64,000 nucleotides of DNA from Candidatus Heimdallarchaeum endolithica. Its GTDB lineage: Archaea > Asgardarchaeota > Heimdallarchaeia > Heimdallarchaeales > Heimdallarchaeaceae. The notes beneath the pieces were generated by a model, which saw nothing but the letters and a program-made list of their open reading frames with translations, was not told where the DNA came from and searched no databases. The position numbers and the translations under genes were made by a program. Each line of letters starts with the position of its first letter. Positions within the stretch are counted from its first letter, which is position 1. The stretch spans positions 2,112,001-2,176,000 of the forward strand of contig CP084167.1 in the NCBI GenBank assembly GCA_021513715.1. The letters are read 5' to 3'. Of the stretch, positions 29,056-39,441 are shown piece after piece.

Positions 29056-30951
29056 TTAGTTAAGAAAAGTAAAAGGGGATATAATACCAGTCTTGTGTTT
29101 TTCTTTTGCTTCTAAAAGTCGTTTTCGTTGATTATTAAGTTCGATAAAGAACTCCTCTGGCATCATTTTCTCTTCCTTAAATATCGCTTCTATTCTATCA
29201 AGTTTCTCCAAGAATTTATCAACTCTGATTGAAAACTCTGCTTCGTATCTTTCCTTTGAGTAATCAACATTAAATACTTCTTTGAATAATTTTACAAGAT
29301 CCTCATATTTTGGTATGTATCCTATTGGTGTTTCAATTGCTCCACATTCATTATGGACTCTACTTTCTGCCCAAAGCAACCATATTTTTTTATCCAGAAT
29401 TTCGTCATAATAACGATTATTTTCATCTTTTAGGAAGTAATTAGTTGAGAAAATTTTTGGTCGTTTATCATCTTCGACTTTTTTACCAAACTCATAATGG
29501 GCTTTAAGGTATTTACCTAATGGTACTACTATAAAATCTAAGTTAGCCATTGGTTGGTGCTTTCTTACGCCTGCTTTTCCAAGTGTTGCGGCAGTAGTTT
29601 CTGATTCTACAGAAGCTCCTATGAAAACTCCGTGATTCCAATTAAAAGATTCGTATACTGGAACTGAGGTATCACTATCTCTCCCACCATAAATAATCGC
29701 GGAAACTTTTACTCCTTCAGGGTTATTTAAAGCTTCATCACAGTTTTCCAGATCCTCTATTCTAATTGTATAACGAGCGTTAGGGTGAGAGAATTTTAAT
29801 TCGTTTCCTTCTTCATCTTTTTTTCCTTCTTCCCATTCTCCTAAAAGAGAACTAGTCCAATTCGTACCTTTTTTTGGTACCTCAATATCATTACCCATCC
29901 CTAACCAATAAGGCTTCCCATCTTTAACAAGCACATTAGAGAATATTGTTTCTCCAGGTGTAGTTAAAGCCTTAAAGATTTCAGGATCATCTCTTGGATT
30001 TACATCTCGAATAATTCCAAAAATTCCACTCTCAATATTAACAGCTCTTACTTCTCCGTCCTTATTAATTCGTAAATAAGCTATGTCATCACCGACAATG
30101 GAATTTCCAGGAATCATTGCAGTACTTGTTTTTCCACAAGCACTTGGAAATGCACCTAAGAAGTAAGTTTTTCTATTTTTCTTTGGGGGTATTACTGCAG
30201 AAATAAACATGTGCTCTGTTAACCAACCTTCATTGATTGCTTTATTGATTGCTAAACGAAGAGCAAGTTTTTTGAGGCCTAAACTATTACCTGCATATTG
30301 ATTATTTACTGATAAAACTCTATTTTCTTCTAAATCAATATAAATTCGTCTTTTATCAATGTTCTTGGTAACATTCTTTTCTGTTAAAGGTCCAGCTGAA
30401 TGAATAAAGTAAAAGAAATCATTAGGGTCCTTTAATCTCTTAAATTGTTCATATCCTGTCCTATAAAGAATATCTTCAGAATGAGCTACATAAGCTGAAT
30501 CAGTAATTTGTAAAGCAGAAATTGAAAAATCAGAGTTTGTAGGTCCAAGACAGAAAAAGCGGACAATAGCAAGTTTTCCTTCCATACATCCATCCATTAT
30601 AGACAGTATTTCTTTTAATCCTTCATCTCGATCTATTGTATTAATGTGTTTTCCATATTCATCTTTTTTTTCAGCAGGAACAAGTAAACGAGTATTAGCT
30701 TTATCTCGAGCTTGATCATAATAAGAATCAAAATGGATGGTATGTCCATCTAAATGTAGAGGTTTCTCTTCGCCAAGATCTAATGCTAGTTTTCTAACAT
30801 ATTCAATATCTTCATCAGAATCGTCAATAACCACTCCCTTTTCAGGTTTACACAACGAGAAAAATTCTTCAACCACTTGTATAACTTTTGGGTTGTTCAA
30901 AGCTTCAAGTTTCTTAATATCTTTTTCACTGAGCCATTTTTCTAGTGCCAT
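29056..30951 (-). CDS. pckG: GTP-dependent PEP carboxykinase
   Basis: GAFPSACGKTSTAM, VGDDIAY, HPNARY, IIYGGRD. Confidence 0.96.
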   Translation of the reverse strand: MALEKWLSEKDIKKLEALNNPKVIQVVEEFFSLCKPEKGVVIDDSDEDIEYVRKLALDLGEEKPLHLDGHTIHFDSYYDQARDKANTRLLVPAEKKDEYGKHINTIDRDEGLKEILSIMDGCMEGKLAIVRFFCLGPTNSDFSISALQITDSAYVAHSEDILYRTGYEQFKRLKDPNDFFYFIHSAGPLTEKNVTKNIDKRRIYIDLEENRVLSVNNQYAGNSLGLKKLALRLAINKAINEGWLTEHMFISAVIPPKKNRKTYFLGAFPSACGKTSTAMIPGNSIVGDDIAYLRINKDGEVRAVNIESGIFGIIRDVNPRDDPEIFKALTTPGETIFSNVLVKDGKPYWLGMGNDIEVPKKGTNWTSSLLGEWEEGKKDEEGNELKFSHPNARYTIRIEDLENCDEALNNPEGVKVSAIIYGGRDSDTSVPVYESFNWNHGVFIGASVESETTAATLGKAGVRKHQPMANLDFIVVPLGKYLKAHYEFGKKVEDDKRPKIFSTNYFLKDENNRYYDEILDKKIWLLWAESRVHNECGAIETPIGYIPKYEDLVKLFKEVFNVDYSKERYEAEFSIRVDKFLEKLDRIEAIFKEEKMMPEEFFIELNNQRKRLLEAKEKHKTGIISPFTFLN

Positions 30952-31086
30952 AAGCTTCTTGGAATCTCTCTAATTATTATATTTATTGCTACATATATAA
31001 AATTGATTAAAATCGATGAAGAGTATACTGAAAATTTTTATTAGATTGAAGTAATAATAATTTAGAGTTATAAGGAAGGAAAAGAA

Positions 31087-31233
31087 GTGTCTGATGAGGA
31101 AATAAAAGATTGTCCAAAATGTAATGGAAAAATGATAAAAAAATATGACTATCTACCAGATGATATGGAATTTAAAGAACCAAAACATTACTGGATTTGC
31201 CCATCTTGTATGTATTATGAAGTTATTGAATAA
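31087..31233 (+). CDS. 48-aa zinc-ribbon microprotein
   Basis: GTG start; MSDEEIKDCPKCNGKMIKKYDYLPDDMEFKEPKHYWICPSCMYYEVIE has two CPxC motifs. Confidence 0.7.
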   Translation: MSDEEIKDCPKCNGKMIKKYDYLPDDMEFKEPKHYWICPSCMYYEVIE

Positions 31234-31399
31234 AATCTTTTTTTGAAATAGTTTTTTCACAGATTCCTGCGATAAAGTTCTATCATTTAAACTTTTTCGG
31301 CTGTTAAGAGAGATATTTTCAAAGAATAATAATGCTAAACTACTGTTACTTTTGTTAAAATAGATAAAAATTAGATTTTTCTTTGGTTTGTAAAATAAA

Positions 31400-31477
31400 T
31401 GGCGAAGTTTCGAGAAGAATCTTTCATTCGAGGTAACATGTACCGTAAGTCTAGATTCACGGAGGAAAACTTCGCCA
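31400..31477 (-). ncRNA. Candidate K-loop hairpin small RNA (H/ACA-like architecture)
   Basis: 11-bp outer stem, internal pocket, GAAUCU/AGAUUC upper stem with AGA...UGA K-loop; TATA-like box upstream and U-rich tail. Confidence 0.55.
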
Positions 31478-31557
31478 ATGAATTTAAAGAAATTCGATTA
31501 TTAAAATAGTACCATTGTATATTTTTAGTTTAGTTAAAAAACAAAATGAAAAGAAGG

Positions 31558-32370
31558 CTAAATTACACTAAAGTTGATATCGACTGTGATAATATTCACA
31601 ACTAACGAAAAAGATGTAGAAGGAGCATAATCATAATCTAATTTTTGTAGATAATTTGAAGATTCAGCATTAATTGATAAATCAGTACTGAATGTTCCTA
31701 AACTATATGATTTGATGATTTGTGCTCTTTTAGACAACTCTAGTTTTGCTTCAGAGTTAATTAGTGGAAAATACTCTTTTTGGTAACTATCTACTTGAGT
31801 AGTGTTCAAATTTATAATAATGAAGTTAACTTCAACTTCATCAGTCTTTATATTTTCAATTGAAACAAAGATATCATAATATAATTTAAGCATTTTATAA
31901 TCATCAAAGGTTTGATAAATAATATTAGTTACATCTGCTGTTCTGTTAGGTGAATAAACTAGTAAATCAGGTGAACCTACATTATAAATTGAGCCACCAT
32001 TTCCTTTGTAGTGTCCATCTAACCGATAAGTCAATTGTCCAAGTAAGATTGAATAGTTAAATATTACAACTTTCTCCGATTCTATAGTGAGATTAATCGA
32101 ACGATCAAAAGACATATCTAAAATCCCTTTACCTATTTCATACCGAATGATCTCTGAAGCATTTTCAGGGGAATTAATCAATTTTTTAATTGAACCATCA
32201 ATATTCATAAATGTGTTTTCAGCTGCTACAAAATCAGAACTTGCTTGAAATTTTTCAACAGAAGGGATTACTTGTGAAAATGCTAAAGTTATTGCAGAAA
32301 GCATAACTACGAAGATTACAAGTGTTGCAATAATATTACTAGCACCACGTTTTTTCGTTTTTAATCTCAA
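31558..32370 (-). CDS. Type IV pilin-like protein (class III signal peptide)
   Basis: KKRG|ASNIIATLVIFVVMLSAITLAF cleavage and hydrophobic pattern. Confidence 0.7.
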   Translation of the reverse strand: MRLKTKKRGASNIIATLVIFVVMLSAITLAFSQVIPSVEKFQASSDFVAAENTFMNIDGSIKKLINSPENASEIIRYEIGKGILDMSFDRSINLTIESEKVVIFNYSILLGQLTYRLDGHYKGNGGSIYNVGSPDLLVYSPNRTADVTNIIYQTFDDYKMLKLYYDIFVSIENIKTDEVEVNFIIINLNTTQVDSYQKEYFPLINSEAKLELSKRAQIIKSYSLGTFSTDLSINAESSNYLQKLDYDYAPSTSFSLVVNIITVDINFSVI

Positions 32371-32506
32371 AAAGATTCACCTAATTCATTTCTTTTTTTA
32401 TAATATTTTAATTTTTGGTGTTTATAGTTTTTATTATACCCATTTAAGTTGGTAAAATTTAAATCTGCAAAAATACAGAAAATTCTGGATTTTAAATAAT
32501 ATAATA

Positions 32507-33454
32507 ATGTTAACAAAAATAATGAATAATAGTATTTACATTCCTAAAGGAACCTTTTTTGAACCAGGAAAAACAGTAAAGGAATTTGTTGGGGTAATAA
32601 GATCATTTACAATTCAAGAATGGGGAATTGAAGGAAAAGCAGTAAGAGATAACGAACATTACAAGTTTAGAATAAAAAGAAATGTAGACATTAAGGACTT
32701 TATTTGCTCTGGTCTGACAATCAAAATCATTAACGGTTTTTGTGTTAAAAATAGAAAGAGAGAACTAATAATTACAGATGGAAAATTTGGCGAAGTGATT
32801 CTTCTGTTTGATTTAGAAAATTATTTTTTTAGAGACTTAAATGAAAGAAAAACTGAAACAATTACAGGGATAATTAGAGATATAAAATATAGTAACAAAA
32901 ATAAGACAATAACTATTGAACATGGTCTTTTTAGAGATAAAAATTACATAATTGAGATTAATGAACAAATCAAATTATCTTTAGAAAAAAAATATTATCT
33001 AGGAAAAACAGTTAAAATTAAATTTATTAGGGAAAAATCAAAAAAAATTTGCACAAAACTTGAAATTCTCCAAAATGATGACATTTTTTACAAAATAATA
33101 AATGCAGACAAAAATCCAAGTGATCTCATATTTTTAATTCCGTTTATATCAAAGCAACAGGAGTTAATGAAAGATATAATAGGAGAACTTATTGGAGAAT
33201 TGGTGCTACTAAAAGGAACATTGTCTAGAATTAACAGACAAATATTTGAAGATATAATTTATGATAAAATCAACAATGGAAAATTAAAACCTCTCTGTGT
33301 GATGTTTCTACCTGATTATTTCTTTGTCAAATATTTCGAAAAAATGGTTAATTTCATTCGCAAGTTACGAGAAAATCATTCTATTTTTAACTCCATTGAA
33401 GATATATTAAATTTGATAAAATATTATTATCCACCTCTTGAGATAAATATCTAA
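32507..33454 (+). CDS. Hypothetical protein, possibly tandem OB folds
   Basis: Beta-rich segments such as TIKIINGFC...LIITDGKFGEV; weak assignment. Confidence 0.5.
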   Translation: MLTKIMNNSIYIPKGTFFEPGKTVKEFVGVIRSFTIQEWGIEGKAVRDNEHYKFRIKRNVDIKDFICSGLTIKIINGFCVKNRKRELIITDGKFGEVILLFDLENYFFRDLNERKTETITGIIRDIKYSNKNKTITIEHGLFRDKNYIIEINEQIKLSLEKKYYLGKTVKIKFIREKSKKICTKLEILQNDDIFYKIINADKNPSDLIFLIPFISKQQELMKDIIGELIGELVLLKGTLSRINRQIFEDIIYDKINNGKLKPLCVMFLPDYFFVKYFEKMVNFIRKLRENHSIFNSIEDILNLIKYYYPPLEINI

Positions 33455-33516
33455 TATTTAGATATTAGCTTGTCCAACAACAAAAACAAAATAAGATAAT
33501 AAAAAGCGCATTAAAT

Positions 33517-33831
33517 CTAACTGCGTTCAAGAGCAATTTCGATATGAACATCTTCAGGAACATGAATACGCATTAACAATCTCATACTTTTCTCTTCAGC
33601 ATCCATATCGATTATTCTCTTGTGTAACTTCAATTCAAAATGATCATATGTACTAGTTCCATTTCCACAAGGACTTTTTCTTACCGGTAAAACAATTCTT
33701 TTTGATGGTAAAGGAATCGGTCCTCTGATTCTTACACCTGTTCTTTCAGCAATTTTTTGAATTTGATTACATATTCTTTGAAGACTTTGTGGATTATTCC
33801 CTATTAAGCGAATTCTTGCTCTTTGTGTCAT
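33517..33831 (-). CDS. rpsJ: Ribosomal protein uS10
   Basis: GVRIRGPIPLP, RKSPCGNG, HKRIID. Confidence 0.96.
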   Translation of the reverse strand: MTQRARIRLIGNNPQSLQRICNQIQKIAERTGVRIRGPIPLPSKRIVLPVRKSPCGNGTSTYDHFELKLHKRIIDMDAEEKSMRLLMRIHVPEDVHIEIALERS

Positions 33832-33907
33832 TGCTACACCTTATCCATAGGAAAGAAAAAAGGAGGTTTTAAATAATTATCGTTATTTGTTTTATTACAT
33901 TAAACGA

Positions 33908-34306
33908 TTATGTACGGTGTTCGATTACTGATTCAAGTCTTTTTATTCGCTCTTCTAGGGTAGACAATTTATTTTTGATCTGTTCTAGAACTTGTTCAAC
34001 TTCGGAAAGCCCACTATCTTGCACAGGAGAGGAAGTTGATGAGGTTTCTTGTATAAGAATTCTCGCTTGATGAACTATGTCCTTTACTATTTGATCAACA
34101 AGAAAGTCTCCAAGATACAAGTCAACTTCAGACATAACCGTTCGAATATTATCACGAATTCCTCTTTCACTTAAATCTTTAACAACTGTCTGGGCTTCAA
34201 CAGTATCACCCAATCTCAATTGTACCATCCATTGCCCTTGGACGTTTGCTAATGCACAAACATATCTAGTAGTTGGAATTTTTGTTTCATAAGCCATTAT
34301 ACTCAA
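33908..34306 (-). CDS. Hypothetical protein with C-terminal coiled coil
   Basis: 132-aa ORF co-oriented upstream of uS10. Confidence 0.7.
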   Translation of the reverse strand: MSIMAYETKIPTTRYVCALANVQGQWMVQLRLGDTVEAQTVVKDLSERGIRDNIRTVMSEVDLYLGDFLVDQIVKDIVHQARILIQETSSTSSPVQDSGLSEVEQVLEQIKNKLSTLEERIKRLESVIEHRT

Positions 34307-34524
34307 CCCATAAATACTCTAAATTATAATAAACCTTACTAATTATTAATTGTTACCTAGTCGTTAGTTATTAATGTTTGCTTAAAGTCAACGCATTTAC
34401 AATAGTTTACTGTGTAAAGACGTGTTAAACGTTTAATTTCAACATTTTTTTAAAAAATGTACAATAACATTCGAGCTAACAAATGTAAACAAAAATTATA
34501 TTCATACATTATAAATTACTGACA

Positions 34525-35847
34525 ATGAGTGAAGTAGTTATTCAATGTAAATACATAATTTCTGGAGAAGAATGCAATAAAATAATAAAAAACGGATCTA
34601 TTATAATTGAGGACAACAAAATTATTAATGTAGGAAAAATTGATGAAATGAAGAAATATGTTACGGGGCATGACAAAATTGAAAGAATGAATCATGTTGC
34701 AATTCCTGCTTTTATCAACGCACATACTCACTTACCTGAAACTCTTCTTCGTGGAATTTGTGATAGCAGTAAACTAATAGAGTGGTTATATGATTATGTA
34801 TGGCCTTTTGAATCTCATATGACTGCAGAAGATGCATATTACGGAGCCAGCCTAGGAGCATTAGAATTAATTGAATCAGGTGTTGCAGGATTTATTGATC
34901 AATATTTTTTTGTTGAAAGTATTGAAAAAGTTGTAAAAGAATCTAAACTTCGGGCCTTATTATGTCCATCTCTCTTCGATGGAACTCCAGAAACAGGAAG
35001 CATCGAGGACACATGGAATCATATCAAAAAATTCTTGCATTCAAGAAATAATATCATAAAAGAAAAAGATTCGTTGTTAAAATATGGTATTGGCCCTCAT
35101 GCACCATACACTGTCCCCAAAGAGTATTTACTAAAAGTATCCGAAATTGCAGAAAAATATAACATTCCAATACACATACACATAAGTGAAACTGAAAAAG
35201 AAGTTTCTGATTTCAGAAAACAGCATCAACTAACACCACTTGAATATTTAGAAAATCTGAGTTTACTAAAAAATAAAATACTAGCTGCTCATTGTGTATA
35301 TCCATCAGGAAGAGATTATGAAATTATGAAAAAATATAAGGTTACAGTTCTCCATAATCCACAATCAAACCTGAAGTTATCTAGTGGTATCGCTCCAGTT
35401 TTTAAATACATAGAAAAAAACATTGATGTTGTGGTAGGTACTGATGGAAACGCATCAAATAACAATTTGGATGTTTTAGAGGAGGTAAGAACTGCAGCTT
35501 TATTACAAAAATTCTTAGCTAAAGATCCAACAGTTCTTCAGAATTATACAGCTCTTAAAATAGGAACAACAGCTGGATCAAAAATTTTTGGGTTAGAGAA
35601 AGCAGGTATAATCGAAAATGCAATCGCTGACATCACTTTATTTTCGCTTAGCGGTGCTCATTCTTGGCCTCAAAATGACATAATTTCAAACGTTCTTTAC
35701 TCTGCCTCTAGTGGAGATGTTAATGACCTTATTGTAAATGGTAAATTTCTTTATTTGAATCGTGAACACCAAACATTAAACAAAGAAAGAATTATTGAAA
35801 AAAGTACAAAAATAGCGGAAAGAATTCTATGTGAAATGAGAAAATAA
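34525..35847 (+). CDS. Amidohydrolase (MTA/SAH deaminase-like)
   Basis: INAHTH, PHAPYT, HIHISET, AAHCV, HNPQSNLKL, GTDG. Confidence 0.88.
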   Translation: MSEVVIQCKYIISGEECNKIIKNGSIIIEDNKIINVGKIDEMKKYVTGHDKIERMNHVAIPAFINAHTHLPETLLRGICDSSKLIEWLYDYVWPFESHMTAEDAYYGASLGALELIESGVAGFIDQYFFVESIEKVVKESKLRALLCPSLFDGTPETGSIEDTWNHIKKFLHSRNNIIKEKDSLLKYGIGPHAPYTVPKEYLLKVSEIAEKYNIPIHIHISETEKEVSDFRKQHQLTPLEYLENLSLLKNKILAAHCVYPSGRDYEIMKKYKVTVLHNPQSNLKLSSGIAPVFKYIEKNIDVVVGTDGNASNNNLDVLEEVRTAALLQKFLAKDPTVLQNYTALKIGTTAGSKIFGLEKAGIIENAIADITLFSLSGAHSWPQNDIISNVLYSASSGDVNDLIVNGKFLYLNREHQTLNKERIIEKSTKIAERILCEMRK

Positions 35848-35873
35848 AAAAATACTCTCATAAATTATTTAAT

Positions 35874-35934
35874 GTGGCTATGATGTATCTAGCCCTTGAC
35901 TGATTAGTGATGAGGATCTTGAGTGCTGAGCCAC
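35874..35934 (+). ncRNA. Box C/D guide sRNA
   Basis: Terminal stem GTGGCT/AGCCAC; boxes C ATGATGT, D' CTGA, C' GTGATGA, D CTGA; guides of 13 and 12 nt. Confidence 0.85.
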
Positions 35935-37928
35935 TATTCTTTTATTTTTCTATAGCCAGATACATCAAGTTGCCAAAATGCAAAGCCTTCAGAAGCTTTC
36001 CTTAATTCATTTGCCAATGAAAGAGAAGATCGCACAGTTATAACCCCATAAATGATCATTTTCGAAGAGATTTGCTCTGTTTTCTCCACTTCTCCACCAA
36101 ATTTCTGAAAAACAGAGAGCACAGCACCAAGATAGTCAAGTGGAGTCGTTATAGTGATCGTGTAGATTGGTTCATAAATAAAAATAGAATTAGATATGGC
36201 CTCATGTATTATTTTCTTAACTGCAGGAACAATAATTTCATATCGAAAAGCATCCTGTTCAAGTATATCTATTTTTTTGATTATAACAGTCAAATTTCTA
36301 ATAGGATTGGAAGATTTAACCCCTAATTTTATAGCATTTTTAAAACCAATAATTAATAGATCAATATGTTCGTTTTTTATTGATGTATCTTCAACAACCA
36401 AAAAATTATTTTTTTTGTCTTTAAATACAACAGTATCGCCAGATATTTTTACTTTATTTGTAGGAGAGCACTTTATACTTAATTCTACTTTACCTAACGA
36501 ATCAATTGACTTATGTTCAATTTTCTTATCTATTTGTTCTACTAATGCTACTTCTGGATTTGAAAGTTCTATATGCAAACCTGTCTTCATAATATCTTTA
36601 AGAATTATTTCTAATTGCAGCTCACCAATCCCATAAACTTTAATTTCTCCTGTATTTTCGTCTATAATATATGAGAAGTTGGGCTTGATTAAAGATAGAA
36701 TTTCAAGTTCTTCTTGCAATTTCGGAATATCACTAATATTCTTTGGTTCAATTCGTATTGTAATTACTGGTTCTTGTAAATAAGATATTTGTTTAAACTC
36801 AATCATTTGCTCGATATTTAAATCTTCAACCAACACATCGCCAATCTGTATTTCTTTCATTCCGATAAGTGTAGCTATGTTTCCTGCTTCAACTTCCTTC
36901 ACAGTAATAAGTGAAGGACCTTTATACAAACAAACTTGGTGTATTCGAACTTCTTTCTTGTTTCTAGTATTTATTAGAATCGAACCTTTTCTCAGAACGC
37001 CAGAAAATAATCTTCCAATTGCTATTATTCCTCTATTTTTATCATAGAGTAATTTACCTATACAAATGATTGTATTTCCATTATTATCACACTTTTCAAT
37101 TGAGGTCTTATCTTGATTTGATATAGATTCAATAATGTTCGTAATTCGAGCTTTTTGCGCAATAAGGGGAGAAGGAATAGAATTTACTATTGCAGGCATT
37201 AAAGCACTAATTAGTGAATTTTCTTTTTTTAATTTTTTCACATTATTTTCTTTATGCAAACTAATGATTGTAGAAAACTTTGGTATTTGTTCAGAGTACT
37301 TTGACAGAGCCCAACCATATAATGCAGAACCTATTATAACAGTCCCATCAGAAAAACTAACTTTTCTCTGAATATTATTGTTGTAAGAATATTGTAAAAT
37401 CAATTCATTAACAAACTGTATAATTGTATTTAATTTACTTTCAATAGTTTTTTCGTCAAGCTTAAGTTCATTTATCAATCTATCAACTTTATTTATAAAG
37501 AGAATTGGCTTTAATCCCTCTTCTATTGATTGTTTAATTACAGAATGTGTTTGTGCCATTACCCCTTCTACAGCATCAACAACAATAATTACTCCATCAA
37601 CTAGTCTTATTGCTTGAGCAACTAATCCTGAAAAATCGACATGACCAGGTGTATCAACAAGATTGATTAAATAATCTGTTTCTTTATGCTTATAAATGAA
37701 AGAAATATTAGCTGTTTTTATAGTAATTCCACGTTGTTGTTCTTCTTCAAGATAATCTAAAACACGTGCAGAACCAGCGAGAGATTGGGATATTAATCCT
37801 CCAGCTTGAAGAAGATAATCAGAAAGAGTGGTTTTACCATGATCTACATGACTTACGATACATATGTTCCGTATTAATTCTTTATTTTTCATGTGGTTAA
37901 CTATAGTAGCTGCGTAATCACTCATCAA
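35934..37928 (-). CDS. Elongation factor 2 paralog (aEF-2p), no diphthamide His
   Basis: SHVDHGKTT, RGITIK, DTPGHVDF, NKVD, GELQLEI; 664 aa; domain IV loop reads LEQDAFRYEIIVP. Confidence 0.88.
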   Translation of the reverse strand: MMSDYAATIVNHMKNKELIRNICIVSHVDHGKTTLSDYLLQAGGLISQSLAGSARVLDYLEEEQQRGITIKTANISFIYKHKETDYLINLVDTPGHVDFSGLVAQAIRLVDGVIIVVDAVEGVMAQTHSVIKQSIEEGLKPILFINKVDRLINELKLDEKTIESKLNTIIQFVNELILQYSYNNNIQRKVSFSDGTVIIGSALYGWALSKYSEQIPKFSTIISLHKENNVKKLKKENSLISALMPAIVNSIPSPLIAQKARITNIIESISNQDKTSIEKCDNNGNTIICIGKLLYDKNRGIIAIGRLFSGVLRKGSILINTRNKKEVRIHQVCLYKGPSLITVKEVEAGNIATLIGMKEIQIGDVLVEDLNIEQMIEFKQISYLQEPVITIRIEPKNISDIPKLQEELEILSLIKPNFSYIIDENTGEIKVYGIGELQLEIILKDIMKTGLHIELSNPEVALVEQIDKKIEHKSIDSLGKVELSIKCSPTNKVKISGDTVVFKDKKNNFLVVEDTSIKNEHIDLLIIGFKNAIKLGVKSSNPIRNLTVIIKKIDILEQDAFRYEIIVPAVKKIIHEAISNSIFIYEPIYTITITTPLDYLGAVLSVFQKFGGEVEKTEQISSKMIIYGVITVRSSLSLANELRKASEGFAFWQLDVSGYRKIKE

Positions 37929-38057
37929 TTATTGTTCTATACAATCTTTTTAAAGTTTAATAAAAGAGATTAGAAAGAGAGAAAAATAAAAGTCGAAGAA
38001 TCTATTAGTAGTTAATTAGAGGAGAAGAAGAAAGAAGGATGATAATTAAGAAAAAAA

Positions 38058-39275
38058 TCAAACTGAATTTTCCTCAAAAACTTTTGAAAGTCTAAAATCT
38101 TTTTCTAAAATCTCTTTGACTTGTGCCTTGGGAATAGTAAGATTAATTCTTTTTGAACGCCCATATCGACCTTTACTTATTACTCTAGCTGTCACAAGAC
38201 CTAGCATATCTAATTCATTAATTAAATCACTAACTCTTCTAGGAGTTAAACGATCTAAACGTATTAGTTTACAAATCGAAGAATAAATATCATAAACATC
38301 GCCTGTATTTAGTTCCTCACTTTTACTTTCACCTATAAATATAGCTTGTAAGACAGCTTTTGTCTGAATAGGTAATGAACTCAATACTTCAACAACTGTA
38401 TTTCTTTCTATAACTTGTTGAGCTTTTCTTACATGTAACTCTGTTACCTTTTCAGCTCCTTCTCGTTCAGCTAATTCTGCAGCAACACGTAGAAGATCTA
38501 TTGACCGTCTAGCATCTCCATGCTGTTGAGCTCCAATTGCAGCACATAAGTTCAAAACACCAAATTCTAAAGCGTCTTTGTTTAACGCTTTTTCTACTCT
38601 TTGATTCAAAATATCTTTTAATTGTTCAGCAGTATATGGTGAAAAAACGATTTCTTCTTCACTTAAACTGCTACGTATCCTAGGATCCAAAGTTTCTTTG
38701 AAATTCACATCGTTCGTGATACCTATTATCCCAATTTTTGATTGAACCAATTCACTATTTAATCTAGTAAGGATGTATAATGATTCAGTACTCTTTCTAT
38801 ACAAGGAATCAACTTCATCTAATACAATAATATGAAGAGTTTTTAATTCATCTAGCCCCTCTTTAAATTTTTGATAAACAATATCAAAATGAAGACCTGT
38901 AAATGGAACATCAACTGCTATATCATCACACAACTGAGCAAATACGCGATACTTTGTGTCAATATGTTGGCAATTAAAAAATGAAAAACTAAACTCTATT
39001 TCTCGTTCATCAGCCTTTTTTTTCAACTTTTTTAAAACATATTTCGTAACAGCTGTTTTTCCTGTTCCAGTTGTACCATAAATAAAGATATTAGAGGGTG
39101 AACCCCCTCTTAAAGCAGGTCCCAATATTTTTGCCATCTCTTCAAATTTATCTTCTCTATGCGGAAGATATTCAGGAACATAATTAGGACTAAGTATCTC
39201 ACGATTTATAAATATTGGATTATCTTCGTCTAAATATTTGTCAAATATACTGTCTATATTGGAATGCTCATCCAT
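38058..39275 (-). CDS. cdc6: Orc1/Cdc6 replication initiator
   Basis: LPHRE, GTTGTGKT, IVLDEVD, LDPRIRSSL, GDARRSIDLLR, wHTH SKGRYGR. Confidence 0.96.
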   Translation of the reverse strand: MDEHSNIDSIFDKYLDEDNPIFINREILSPNYVPEYLPHREDKFEEMAKILGPALRGGSPSNIFIYGTTGTGKTAVTKYVLKKLKKKADEREIEFSFSFFNCQHIDTKYRVFAQLCDDIAVDVPFTGLHFDIVYQKFKEGLDELKTLHIIVLDEVDSLYRKSTESLYILTRLNSELVQSKIGIIGITNDVNFKETLDPRIRSSLSEEEIVFSPYTAEQLKDILNQRVEKALNKDALEFGVLNLCAAIGAQQHGDARRSIDLLRVAAELAEREGAEKVTELHVRKAQQVIERNTVVEVLSSLPIQTKAVLQAIFIGESKSEELNTGDVYDIYSSICKLIRLDRLTPRRVSDLINELDMLGLVTARVISKGRYGRSKRINLTIPKAQVKEILEKDFRLSKVFEENSV

Positions 39276-39441
39276 TCTTTTTTCTCCTTAAATTAATAAC
39301 TAAAGTCTATACACTTTTATGAACTTCTTAGTATGTTACAACATTACGACTTTAACTTTGTCGATAATTAACGAATCGAACAAATTAGTAAATAGTGAAT
39401 ACTATTGTGAATATATTATATTAATTAATAATATCAAGATT

